From: Armatimonadota bacterium
GTDB taxonomy: Bacteria > Armatimonadota > HRBIN16
DNA: 64,000 bases
NCBI GenBank assembly: GCA_963677485.1
Contig: OY781964.1
Coordinates: 4,032,001-4,096,000, forward strand
Direction of reading: 5' to 3'
In this document: positions 1-9,421 of the stretch, piece by piece
Numbering within the stretch: the stretch's first letter is position 1
Layout: every line of letters begins with the position of its first letter
Position numbers and translations under genes: made by a program
Notes under the pieces: generated by a model
What the model saw: only the letters and a program-made list of their open reading frames with translations
What the model was told of the DNA's origin: nothing
Database searches by the model: none

Positions 1-195
1 ATTTACGACAAACCATGGTCGCAGGACGGGTAACAGGTCTGTATTCATTAACATGTTCGGATTCCGTCCGCCCATCCTCGTTCACCCTCGGCTTGATATT
101 GCCCCACTCATGAAGTAACATGAACCAATGCCCGTTTCCTAACCATTCTGGTATCATCTGACGTCACGGCAGGTAGCTGCACTCTGGAGGAACAC

Positions 196-2598
196 ATGTC
201 TCGAAAATATACCGGTGAGAATCTCGACCGCATCGCATATCCACTGGGCGGAATCGGCGCAGGGATGATTTGCCTGGACGGCACGGGCGCCATCTCCAAC
301 GTCTCTGTGCGTAACCAACCGAATGTGTTCCTTGAGCCCTGCATGTTCTCGGCCCTGAGCGTGCTGGGTGACAGCGTGTCTGCGCGTGTGCTGGAGGCGC
401 CTGTGCCGCGCTGGAAGGCGTTCGGCAGCCCTGGCACCGGCAACGGTCTGCCTGACAAAACCTATGGCCTACCGCGCTTTTCAGGTGCCGAGTTTCAATC
501 CCGATACCCGTTTGCCAGCGTTGATCTGCAGGATCATGAACATGGGCCTATAGAAGCCAGCCTACTCGGCTGGAGCCCGTTCGTGCTTGGCGATGCAGAC
601 AGTTCCTCGCTGCCGATGGCGGCCTTGGAGTATCAGTTTGCGAACTTGACTGAAGAGCCGGTGGATGCGGTCTACTCTTTCCACAGCCGAAACTTCATGG
701 CGACTGGTTCACCAGGTGCGGGAGTGGCTGCGGCGCCAGGCGGTTTTGTGCTGCAGCAGGCGTCTGTTGAGGGCAAACCCTGGGAGCAGGGCGCGTTCTG
801 CGCCTGCGTGGATGATGCGGATGTAGTGGTAGAACACAAGTGGTTTCGTGGTGGATGGTTTGACAGTCTGACGATGGCGTGGAATGCGGTCGCAGCCGGA
901 AAAGTGGTCGCCAACCCGCCGGTCAGCGAAGGCGACGCCAGCCCTGGGGGCAGCCTGTATGTGCCGTTCCGTCTGGAAGCCGGCCAGGTTAAGACCATCA
1001 CGCTGATGCTCTGCTGGTATGTGCCTCACAGTGAGCTCCAAATCGGCGAGAGCTGCGGCTGTGCTTCGTGCGATCAGCCCAAACCGACCCACTCACCCTG
1101 GTATGCCGGGCAGTATGCCGATATCCAAGCGGTCGCGGCTACTTGGCGCGCCGATTATCATCAACTGCGTGCTGAGGCCATGAACTTCACCGACTGCTTC
1201 TTCGACAGCACCTTGCCTGATACTGCGCTGGAGGCTGTGGAGGCGAACCTCTCAATACTAAAGTCACCCACGATTTTGCGTCAAACCGACGGCCGGATAT
1301 GGGCCTGGGAGGGCTGCTGCGACTCGACCGGCTGCTGCCACGGCTCCTGCACTCACGTGTGGAACTACGCCCAGGCACTGCCGAACCTCTTCCCAGAGCT
1401 GGAACGCACGATGCGTGAGACGGAATTCCAGGTGAACCAGGATGAGCGCGGGCATCAGAACTTCCGCGCCTGGCTGCCGATACGGACGCCGGACCACAGC
1501 TTCCACGCGGCGGCTGATGGTCAGTTGGGCGGCATCATCAAGCTCTACCGCGATTGGCGGATTTCGGGCGACAAAGCGTGGCTGCGCTCTCTGTGGCCGA
1601 AGGCGAAGGCCAGCCTCAACTACTGTATCGAGCTGTGGGACCCGGACCATCTTGGTGTGACCGTAGAGCCGCACCACAACACCTATGACATCGAGTTCTG
1701 GGGAGCTGACGGCATGTGCAGCAGCATCTACCTTGGCGCGCTGAAAGCGGCGGAGCGTATGGGCGCTGCGTGTGGTGATGCCGAACCGCTTTACTCTGAA
1801 CTGCTGAACAAGGGCCTGGCCTATCTTGATGAGCAGCTTTATAACGGCGAGTATTACACCCAAAAGGTGCAGTGGCGTGACCTGAAAGCCACTCAGGCCA
1901 TGCTGAACACATACGGCTACTCACCTGAGGCGCAGGCGATTCTGGAGATCGAGGGGCCGAAGTATCAGTACGGCACCGGTTGCCTCTCCGATGGGGTGAT
2001 CGGCTTTTGGATGGCGCAAGCGGCCGGGTTGGGTATGGTGGGTGATGCTGACCGGGTGAAAAGCCATCTGGCATCGATCTATCGATACAACCTGAAACAC
2101 GATCTCTCCAAACACGCCAATCCTCAACGCCCAACTTTCGCACTGGGTGATGAAGGTGGTCTGCTGCTTTGTTCGTGGCCGAATGGTGGCAAGCCGCAGC
2201 TTCCGTTTGTGTACAGCGACGAGGTGTGGACCGGCATAGAATACCAAGTGGCTTCGCACTGCATCATGAATGGTCTGGTGGATGAGGGGCTGGACATCGT
2301 GCAAACCTGTCGCGACCGCTATGACGGCCGGAAGCGCAACCCGTATAACGAATACGAATGTGGGCATTGGTATGCACGGGCGATGGCCTCGTATACGCTG
2401 CTTCAAGCACTCACAGGTGCGTGCTACGATGCGGTGACTAAGGTTCTTGCGCTGCATCCAGCTATTCAGGGAGATTTCCGTGGTTTCCTTAGCACGGCGT
2501 ATGGGTATGGCACTGTGGGTGTGAAAGATGGCCTGCCGTTCATGGACGTTGTGCAAGGACCGATAGAGATTAACCGCATCGACTACATACCGGTATGA
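196..2598 (+). CDS. GH116 family glycoside hydrolase (non-lysosomal glucosylceramidase/beta-glucosidase-like), no signal peptide
   Basis: 800 aa; N-terminal PLGGIGAG motif, HVWNYAQ, AADGQLG, HNTYDIEFWG, YSDEVWTGIEY and NPYNEYECGHWYARAM typical of GH116; GGAGG RBS. Confidence 0.9.
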   Translation: MSRKYTGENLDRIAYPLGGIGAGMICLDGTGAISNVSVRNQPNVFLEPCMFSALSVLGDSVSARVLEAPVPRWKAFGSPGTGNGLPDKTYGLPRFSGAEFQSRYPFASVDLQDHEHGPIEASLLGWSPFVLGDADSSSLPMAALEYQFANLTEEPVDAVYSFHSRNFMATGSPGAGVAAAPGGFVLQQASVEGKPWEQGAFCACVDDADVVVEHKWFRGGWFDSLTMAWNAVAAGKVVANPPVSEGDASPGGSLYVPFRLEAGQVKTITLMLCWYVPHSELQIGESCGCASCDQPKPTHSPWYAGQYADIQAVAATWRADYHQLRAEAMNFTDCFFDSTLPDTALEAVEANLSILKSPTILRQTDGRIWAWEGCCDSTGCCHGSCTHVWNYAQALPNLFPELERTMRETEFQVNQDERGHQNFRAWLPIRTPDHSFHAAADGQLGGIIKLYRDWRISGDKAWLRSLWPKAKASLNYCIELWDPDHLGVTVEPHHNTYDIEFWGADGMCSSIYLGALKAAERMGAACGDAEPLYSELLNKGLAYLDEQLYNGEYYTQKVQWRDLKATQAMLNTYGYSPEAQAILEIEGPKYQYGTGCLSDGVIGFWMAQAAGLGMVGDADRVKSHLASIYRYNLKHDLSKHANPQRPTFALGDEGGLLLCSWPNGGKPQLPFVYSDEVWTGIEYQVASHCIMNGLVDEGLDIVQTCRDRYDGRKRNPYNEYECGHWYARAMASYTLLQALTGACYDAVTKVLALHPAIQGDFRGFLSTAYGYGTVGVKDGLPFMDVVQGPIEINRIDYIPV

Positions 2599-4100
2599 CG
2601 ATGCCTACACATAACGTGAAACAGCAGTTATGGGTCTACCCGGCTCCAGGGCAGGATGCTTACCGCTCGGAGCAATACCGCGTGCGTGTGGAACAGGCTG
2701 TGCAGTCGAAAACGGCATTCTGTTACCAGGCACGCTCGATATGGCACCATGAGTACCCGGAGCCCTACACCGCCGATTACTTTCCAAAAGAGAATAACTG
2801 GGTGAGTTTTTCCTTCTCAGGTACGGTCACGGTGGTCATCGAACCCAGAGGTATTAAGGCGATAGGGGTCGAAGTGCGCCCTGACCCACAAGGCGTAAAG
2901 GCCTCATTAAAGGATGGAAAGATAAGGGTAGATATATCCAGACCCGGGCAATATTACGTGTTGGTGAAAGCGCAGGGTGACGAGAAGTTCGACTTCGAGC
3001 ACCCGCTGTTCATTTTCGCAAATCCCCCGGAGACCGATGTGCCGGTGAAGAGGACTCGTGGCGTTCACTACTTTGGGCCAGGTGTTCACAACATCGGGTT
3101 TCAATATAAAGTGAAGGCTGGCGAGACCGTCTATCTGGCAGGCGGGGCCATGGTTCAGGGATCGATCTACTATGACGGAGCGGGAGTTAAGATTCTAGGC
3201 AGAGGCATTCTGACTGACCGCAAGCTCATGATCCAGCGGGTGAAGTCGGCATTAGCAGAGAAAGCCGCGGGGAAATCGAATGCCTGGGACCTTGGTCACG
3301 ACAAGATGTATGCGGATAAGTGGGCTACGATCTTTGGAGATGTCCAGGGTAACGGAGCACTGATCGAGGGCATCACCATCATCGAATCGCCATTCTATAT
3401 GGTGAGAACTCACGGCTCAGACACGGTGTTCCGTAACCTGAAAATCATGTCCGACCTTTATAATAACAACGGGATTATCGGGGGGCATAACCACAAGATA
3501 CTCGACTGCTTCTTCAAGGTGGAAGACGATGTGTTTTGCTGGATAGCACCAAAATCGGAGACCCGAAACTGCGTGATCTGGAAGCAGGACAATGCGTGTA
3601 TGGTGCAGCTCGGGTATGGTTACAGCTACACATCATCTGAGCATCTGTTCAAGGATAACTGGGTGATCATGGACCGATCCAGTGTGCAGGATTTGGCCCG
3701 CGGCCTGTTTGGTTTGGCATCATCCGCAGGCACCAGCTTCACCGACTGCCGGATCGAGAACCTTAAGGTGTATGGCGATGTGCTCAACTTTCTGGCCATC
3801 GACAACCGGAATATCCCCACTCCATGGTCACTCAAACTCGAGGGTAAGGTCACACTCCGGCCCGTAAATCTGAGTTGCAAGAACGTTCAGATTACCGGCA
3901 CAGAGAGGGGAATCTACTGGGGGCCGGCGGTCGCCGATTTAAAGGACAGCCCCATGCGCTCACGCTTACGCACGGAGAACGATGGTACCATCAACATCGT
4001 TCTGGATAATGTCAGCATCAACGGCAAGCTGTTGAGAAGTGATGCAGACTGGCCCAACGGCTTGTTGAGAACTGGGAAAGTCGCAGTAGACTACAGATAG
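2595..4100 (+). CDS. Right-handed beta-helix glycoside hydrolase (GH28/GH49-like fold)
   Basis: 501 aa; LFIFANPPE..VHYFGPGVH..GETVYLAGGAMVQGSI..ILGRGIL and DCFFKVEDD pattern; start overlaps GH116 stop (ATGA). Confidence 0.7.
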   Translation: MTMPTHNVKQQLWVYPAPGQDAYRSEQYRVRVEQAVQSKTAFCYQARSIWHHEYPEPYTADYFPKENNWVSFSFSGTVTVVIEPRGIKAIGVEVRPDPQGVKASLKDGKIRVDISRPGQYYVLVKAQGDEKFDFEHPLFIFANPPETDVPVKRTRGVHYFGPGVHNIGFQYKVKAGETVYLAGGAMVQGSIYYDGAGVKILGRGILTDRKLMIQRVKSALAEKAAGKSNAWDLGHDKMYADKWATIFGDVQGNGALIEGITIIESPFYMVRTHGSDTVFRNLKIMSDLYNNNGIIGGHNHKILDCFFKVEDDVFCWIAPKSETRNCVIWKQDNACMVQLGYGYSYTSSEHLFKDNWVIMDRSSVQDLARGLFGLASSAGTSFTDCRIENLKVYGDVLNFLAIDNRNIPTPWSLKLEGKVTLRPVNLSCKNVQITGTERGIYWGPAVADLKDSPMRSRLRTENDGTINIVLDNVSINGKLLRSDADWPNGLLRTGKVAVDYR

Positions 4101-4180
4101 CGCAGAGCGGAAATAATCGAGCGTGGCAGACAAGGTGCTGTATGGTGGTTTTGTTCTAGTCGGCACCGTGTCCGATAGGG

Positions 4181-4522
4181 TTACTGGGGAAGCACGTGAT
4201 CATCTATACCGCTGGGGCAGGTCACTGTGTGATTCTCGTTCCCGAGATTGGTGTATGGTTGCTGTTCAGTGGGGCAGACGGGCATCTGCTTTAAGGGGCA
4301 GTTTGGGCCGATCAGATTATGCTGATTGATGCCGATGTTGCGCATCATCAACTGCTGTTTCCCGTCTTCGATCGCTTTCATGTTGGCGATACAGGCTTTT
4401 GTGTGGCTGGTGTTGCGAGCGTTGAGGACACCCGGTACTGCGATCATCAGCAATACGGCAATGATGCATATGACGACCATGATCTCTATCAATGTAAACC
4501 CGTATGGTCGCGCAGGCTTCAT
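4181..4522 (-). CDS. Type IV prepilin-like protein (N-terminal cleavage/methylation motif)
   Basis: G|FTLIEIMVVICIIAVLLMIAVP class III signal, short C-domain with 4 Cys; AGGAG RBS upstream; alternative ATG at 4531. Confidence 0.9.
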   Translation of the reverse strand: MKPARPYGFTLIEIMVVICIIAVLLMIAVPGVLNARNTSHTKACIANMKAIEDGKQQLMMRNIGINQHNLIGPNCPLKQMPVCPTEQQPYTNLGNENHTVTCPSGIDDHVLPQ

Positions 4523-4603
4523 GGTAAGCATTGCTCCTACAAATGGTCGTTAAGTGACCGGCAAGAAACACTCAGGCTGATAAACCTGTGGGGCTCCATG
4601 TCA

Positions 4604-4632
4604 AGGGTAGGCGAAAAGCTTCTTGATGTCAA
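4604..4632 (-). promoter_or_regulatory. Sigma70-type promoter for the pilin gene
   Basis: Minus strand TTGACA (4632-4627), 17-nt spacer, TACCCT (4609-4604). Confidence 0.6.
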
Positions 4633-4785
4633 GCGTTTCGATGGCCTTTTTCTTGGATTTCTTATCAAACCACAGATAATTCGGTAACTGAGGTGCTGAT
4701 GGCATCGTCCATTATGTATAACACTCTGTTGTGCAACAATGGCGTTGGGCAGCAAATTAATGGTGTTATCCGAAAGAGGCAGTAG

Positions 4786-6171
4786 ATGTCTGTATCACGA
4801 ACTATTGCAATCGGTATCTCAAGCGTGGCGTTGATGACGATGTCCGCTTATTGCCTGGCGTGGGCGTGTCCGCCATACAACATCCGCGTGTTGGCCATGG
4901 TAGGACTAACTCTCTGCTGTATCACTTCCCTTCTGCATACCCGCGGTCTTTACCCCACTGGTCTTGGACTGTTTACAGGCCTGCTGATGGGTGTTTTAGT
5001 GATAGGCCGAGGCGCCGACTACACCGCCGTCGCAAACATGTTGCCCATCTTCGGCACGGTAGGCATCAACCTTGGCATCACCTGCTGGCTGATCTGCTGG
5101 GCCCGGAAGCGGCTTCCCTTAACCTCCCTATGGTGGTTCATCCCGACCGCGGCTGTGGGCACTGAGTTTGTCGGTGCACACATGTTCCCGGTCTCTCTGG
5201 CCGTTACCCAGCACACCAGTGCATGGGCGTGTCAGTTGGCAGGGATCACTGGTCAGTGGGGTATTTCCTGGGTGCTGTGGCTGGCTCCATCGGCGTTAAT
5301 CATGGGTGCCATCACCCGGAAGGGCTGGCTCATAGCGGCAGGAATCGCACTGTTTGTGCTCACCTGCTTGCCCATCACACCAAAGCTGGTCTCTGTGCCA
5401 GGGCAGGTATGGGTCGCGGCCGTGCAGGCACCTGGCGAACGAACAGCAGCTGAGATCACGATGAAACTGCCGAAGGAGGTCCGCTACGTTGCCTGGCCGG
5501 AGCAAGTGCAGCTATGCTGGGATACCACTACCAGGCAAACTGCCATGCGATCCGGTAAAACTATATCAGGCAGTTTTGAGCGCGAAATCCCCAAGCAGCG
5601 GTCCACCAACTCCGCCAGACTATACGGACCATCGGGCAAGTTATTGCTGGTCACAGATAAGTATCACTTGTTTGGTAAAGAGGTGCTGCAGTATCAAAAA
5701 GGCAACTCAAACAAGGCGGTAGAGGTGGCTCCGGGTGTGCGCGTCGCGGTGCCGATCTGCTTCGATATGGTCTATCCCGATGTGCCGCGTAAACTGGCAC
5801 TGGGTGGGGCCACGCTTCTGCTGGTGCCGAACTCCGATCCTGATTCGCCCAACCATGCCTTCCACAAGCTTCATCTGGTGATGGTGAGTCTGCGCGCCGC
5901 TGAGAATCGCATCCCAATCGTGTGGTCAGAGGTGAGCTCCCTTTCGTCCGTGATCGACGCTTCGGGCGCGGTCATCAAGCAGGCTGGAGAGAACGAAGAG
6001 GCAGCGGTCATCGCGAAGATACGTCCTCGCTACCAACGGACGCTGTATACACGCTTCGGCGATTGGTTCGCCCTGATCTGCCTGACGGTCACGCTGGCAT
6101 TAGTCGGTTATCGACTGTTGGTTCGCATAAAACAGGCTTGTAAATGGGTAAGTGGTCTGAAGCTGAGGTAA
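4786..6171 (+). CDS. lnt: Apolipoprotein N-acyltransferase-like protein (membrane nitrilase superfamily)
   Basis: Several N-terminal TM helices; E-K-C triad motifs WPEQ, DKYHLFG, PICFD; LRAAENRIP; C-terminal TLYTRFGDWF plus TM. Confidence 0.75.
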   Translation: MSVSRTIAIGISSVALMTMSAYCLAWACPPYNIRVLAMVGLTLCCITSLLHTRGLYPTGLGLFTGLLMGVLVIGRGADYTAVANMLPIFGTVGINLGITCWLICWARKRLPLTSLWWFIPTAAVGTEFVGAHMFPVSLAVTQHTSAWACQLAGITGQWGISWVLWLAPSALIMGAITRKGWLIAAGIALFVLTCLPITPKLVSVPGQVWVAAVQAPGERTAAEITMKLPKEVRYVAWPEQVQLCWDTTTRQTAMRSGKTISGSFEREIPKQRSTNSARLYGPSGKLLLVTDKYHLFGKEVLQYQKGNSNKAVEVAPGVRVAVPICFDMVYPDVPRKLALGGATLLLVPNSDPDSPNHAFHKLHLVMVSLRAAENRIPIVWSEVSSLSSVIDASGAVIKQAGENEEAAVIAKIRPRYQRTLYTRFGDWFALICLTVTLALVGYRLLVRIKQACKWVSGLKLR

Positions 6172-6179
6172 CACCGAGT

Positions 6180-6206
6180 GTAGGGCGGAGCAAGTCTCCG
6201 CCCTAC
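6180..6206. repeat. GTAG-type REP-like hairpin
   Basis: GTAGGGCGGAG-caagt-CTCCGCCCTAC, perfect 11-bp stem 9 nt after the lnt stop. Confidence 0.7.
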
Positions 6207-6270
6207 CTCTTGACTTGAGTTATGATGTAAGCTGAACGCTGGGTGAGCGATTACTAGCGACAAGAGGTAT

Positions 6271-8259
6271 ATGCCTGTGAAGCATTGTTTTTTCGTTGTG
6301 TTTCTGGCCGCCATCATCTTAGTGATTATCGTGACCTCTGGCAACGCTGCACCTCGCGAAGGATTGTCAAAAGCTGCCATCATTCCGAAGCTGATGCCAG
6401 AAACTGTGAATTCCGCCTCGTTTATTGATGTGACCCGTGCGGACGGCACCTATGTGAAGTCTCCACTCATCCGCAGCGGCCGGTATGACAAGCGTATCGC
6501 CGATCTGAACACATCACGGATGAAATCTATCATGAGCTCCTCTGGGATAGGAGCGCACTGCAGGTTTCATTTCCCGGCCGGCTCCTACTATTTCAACGGA
6601 GCGGCCGCCGGTTGGCAGGCCAGCATTCAGTCGACGGCCAGGAACCAGTCGTTCACCGGCGATGGTGTGAATGCCACACAGATCATCCAGAAAAGTGCCG
6701 ATGTCCCAGCCACGATTAGAATCACCCACAGCAACTGCACCATACAGGACCTGTCGATCACTTCAGCGGACACCCAAGCGACATATCGCCTGGACTGGGA
6801 TCAGCACCCGCTTAAAACTGCCATCCATCTGGAATTTCCAGAGCTCCCTCCGCCGGCCTGGGGCACGGACCCTCAGATTTTGAATGTGAACATCAACACC
6901 ACCGGCAACAATATGGTGACTGACGGGTTCTGCCGGCCGTTCGAGACAGGCATTAAGGTCAACGGTCCCTGGTTGAATATCACGGCCCATACGATGTTTA
7001 TCCATGACGTGCATAACGCCATTTACATCAACCAAGGGCATATGCTGGCGGGACCAGCCACGTTTACGGATATCAACGCCGTCGCCACCGCAATCCAAGG
7101 TCCGAAGGTCCCGCAGCCCTGGAACGTGTTTTTCAAAAGTGAAAGCAACTTCATGGAGGCTGTATCGCTGATCAACTGCTTCTATATGGGCTCACAATTC
7201 ATCAGTATGGATGGTTCCAAGATCGCGCTTGTTGACAGGAACAGTAGCCGGATCCCTACCACACCCGCCTACCTGATGACCGTCAGCGGCTGTTACGTCA
7301 ATGCGCTCTGGCAGGCCTCACCGTCGGATGATGCGAAGTGGTCGAGTATCTATATGAACCTGCCACCAAGGCCGGGTGGAGTGCAACCCGGTTTGGGCGA
7401 GCCGCTCTACAGTCACACGCTTATCTTCAAGGACAATAACTTCACCGGCAAAACGCCGGGCCATGGTGCCTTCTTCTATACGGAGGGTAACGTCAAGAAC
7501 CTGGAATTGAGAGGCAACGAGTTCAGTTCAGGTGGAGGTGACCGTGCGATCTATGTGCGCACTAACAAGCCGCTTGCAGATTCCGATGTTGCCGTGCGGA
7601 ACATCACGATCGCCGATAACACATTCATGGATTTCCGTAATCCGATCACCGTCGGCGGTAGTCAATTCGATCCTTCTCGGGCGGTTGATGCGGCCAGTGT
7701 GGATGATGATCCATTCTGGGCCGAAGGAGTGACCATCATTGGCAATCAGTCCGCCTATTTCCCGGTCACCGAGAGGGGACAACTCACCTCGATATTCGTG
7801 AACCGTGCCCGGCGGGTGATTGTGAGCGGCAACCGACTGGCGAAGACGGTTGGTTCGCCTGTGATCCTGCGTGAATGTGAAGAGATCACGGTGAACGGCA
7901 ATATCATCGCAGGCATTAATGACACAGGGCAGAATGCGATATACCTTCAGCGTTGTAAAAATGCATCGATCAACGGGAACACGCTTCGGGGCTTTCGGCG
8001 GGGGATATGGCTGGACGGCTCCGAGGGTATCGCACTCACCGGAAACAGCCTGGCAAGCTGTCAGACGGGGTTGTCATTGTTGAAGTCACCAGGTCTGTCC
8101 GTCATGGGCAACGTCATCAGTGACACACCTGAGGGTATACTGGTGGGCTCGCAGGAGGCAGCCGGTGTTGCCAACAACACGCTGCTGCGCAGTGGTGCTA
8201 TCCGTGTAGTTGATGATGGTGGCGGAACGAAGGCCGACACTAAACCGGAACCTAAGTAA
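6271..8259 (+). CDS. Secreted parallel beta-helix protein (pectin-lyase fold, NosD/CASH-like C-terminal repeats)
   Basis: 662 aa; signal peptide, FHFPAGSYYF, repeated (I/V)xGNxx coils in the C-terminal half. Confidence 0.75.
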   Translation: MPVKHCFFVVFLAAIILVIIVTSGNAAPREGLSKAAIIPKLMPETVNSASFIDVTRADGTYVKSPLIRSGRYDKRIADLNTSRMKSIMSSSGIGAHCRFHFPAGSYYFNGAAAGWQASIQSTARNQSFTGDGVNATQIIQKSADVPATIRITHSNCTIQDLSITSADTQATYRLDWDQHPLKTAIHLEFPELPPPAWGTDPQILNVNINTTGNNMVTDGFCRPFETGIKVNGPWLNITAHTMFIHDVHNAIYINQGHMLAGPATFTDINAVATAIQGPKVPQPWNVFFKSESNFMEAVSLINCFYMGSQFISMDGSKIALVDRNSSRIPTTPAYLMTVSGCYVNALWQASPSDDAKWSSIYMNLPPRPGGVQPGLGEPLYSHTLIFKDNNFTGKTPGHGAFFYTEGNVKNLELRGNEFSSGGGDRAIYVRTNKPLADSDVAVRNITIADNTFMDFRNPITVGGSQFDPSRAVDAASVDDDPFWAEGVTIIGNQSAYFPVTERGQLTSIFVNRARRVIVSGNRLAKTVGSPVILRECEEITVNGNIIAGINDTGQNAIYLQRCKNASINGNTLRGFRRGIWLDGSEGIALTGNSLASCQTGLSLLKSPGLSVMGNVISDTPEGILVGSQEAAGVANNTLLRSGAIRVVDDGGGTKADTKPEPK

Positions 8260-8359
8260 GCCCCGCTCTTGATTTCGGGGCAGACCGCAGTAATGTACGC
8301 GTCCCGCTGAAGCGACTGATTGATATGAGAATGGCAGTACGCCTCTATTGCAACCGAGC

Positions 8360-8528
8360 GTTGCCTATGTCCGGGGCGGTCTGGCCGTAGGCTAATAGAT
8401 GCAGAAGACCTAAGACCGCGCCGGTCTGGCGGACAGCCATGAAAGGTATGTGTCAGGAAAAAGACCGGCGCGGTCTATAGACAGTGGCCTTCGCAGTCGT
8501 ACTGACAGACCGCCCGGACATAGCCAAC
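8360..8528. repeat. Nested inverted-repeat element (REPIN/MITE-like)
   Basis: Outer imperfect IR GTTGCCTATGTCCGGGGCGGTCTG (8360-8383) / CAGACCGCCCGGACATAGCCAAC (8506-8528); inner perfect 15-bp IR AGACCGCGCCGGTCT (8413-8427) / AGACCGGCGCGGTCT (8462-8476); related copies at 25212-25250 and 27298-27350. Confidence 0.85.
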
Positions 8529-8736
8529 CAAGTTACTACAAGGTGAAAGATATCCTCGGTTCGGTCACGCGAATACTAGGTCATCGATATGGATCAACTG
8601 CGAAATAACGGTCGTTTTAGTGGTTGGGCAGGGTATACTAGTTTCGAACACCGTCCGATTTCCGTATGGTCATACGGCATCTTTTGGCTCCAGTGTCTAC
8701 ACTGTCAAGTGAAATGCGATCCGGGAGGATTATCTG

Positions 8737-9333
8737 ATGAAAAAATGGCTTCTATTGCCGCTGCTCATGGTGGCGACATCCCAACTGTTCGCCGCACCAA
8801 CCCAAACCATCAAGAACCTGCAGACCGCCTATAGTGGCGAATCCAACGCATCGAGCAAATATGCGCAGTTCGCAGTGAAGGCCGATAAAGAGGGATACAA
8901 GGCCGTCGCGGCACTGTTCCGAGCGGCTTCGATGGCTGAGAAGATTCATGCAGGTCATGACGCCAAGCAATTGATAGCACTCAAGGCCAAACCGAAGATG
9001 AAGCATGATATGGTGGTGTTGAAAAGCACCGCTGAGAACCTCAAGGCCGCTATCAAAGGTGAGAACTACGAAGCGACTGTGATGTATCCTTCGTTTGTCA
9101 AAGAGGCGAAGGCTTCAGGACAGAAGGATGCGGTGATTGCTTTTGCATCGGATAGTGCCGTTGAAATAAGCCATCGTGCTTTGTATACGAAGACTCTGAA
9201 GAACCTATCGAAGATGAAGGTAGCAGCGACCTTCTATGTCTGTCCGGTATGCGGATACACCGTAGACAAGCTTTCCTTTACGAACTGCCCTGTGTGCGAA
9301 ACCGCCAGCAGCAAATTCAAAGTAATCAAATAG
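8737..9333 (+). CDS. rbr: Rubrerythrin family protein with N-terminal signal peptide
   Basis: GESNASSKY, AEKIH, GENYE, VEISH diiron ligands and C-terminal CPVCG..CPVC rubredoxin knuckle; leader MKKWLLLPLLMVATSQLFA; GGGAGG RBS. Confidence 0.88.
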   Translation: MKKWLLLPLLMVATSQLFAAPTQTIKNLQTAYSGESNASSKYAQFAVKADKEGYKAVAALFRAASMAEKIHAGHDAKQLIALKAKPKMKHDMVVLKSTAENLKAAIKGENYEATVMYPSFVKEAKASGQKDAVIAFASDSAVEISHRALYTKTLKNLSKMKVAATFYVCPVCGYTVDKLSFTNCPVCETASSKFKVIK

Positions 9334-9346
9334 CATCATGATTCAG

Positions 9347-9383
9347 GGAGGCAGCACTCGCAGTCATACGGGTGTTGCCTTCT
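9347..9383 (+). terminator. Stem-loop downstream of rubrerythrin (terminator or mRNA-stabilising hairpin)
   Basis: GGAGGCAGCACTCG...CGGGTGTTGCCTTC pairs with G-U on the + strand; weak U-tract. Confidence 0.45.
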
Positions 9384-9421
9384 GTCATGTCTACCACCAT
9401 CCAAGAAACGGGGTATTCAAT

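Noticed and set aside
1-33. Possible 3' end of an upstream CDS (IYDKPWSQDG-stop)
   Set aside because: Too short to support without upstream sequence.
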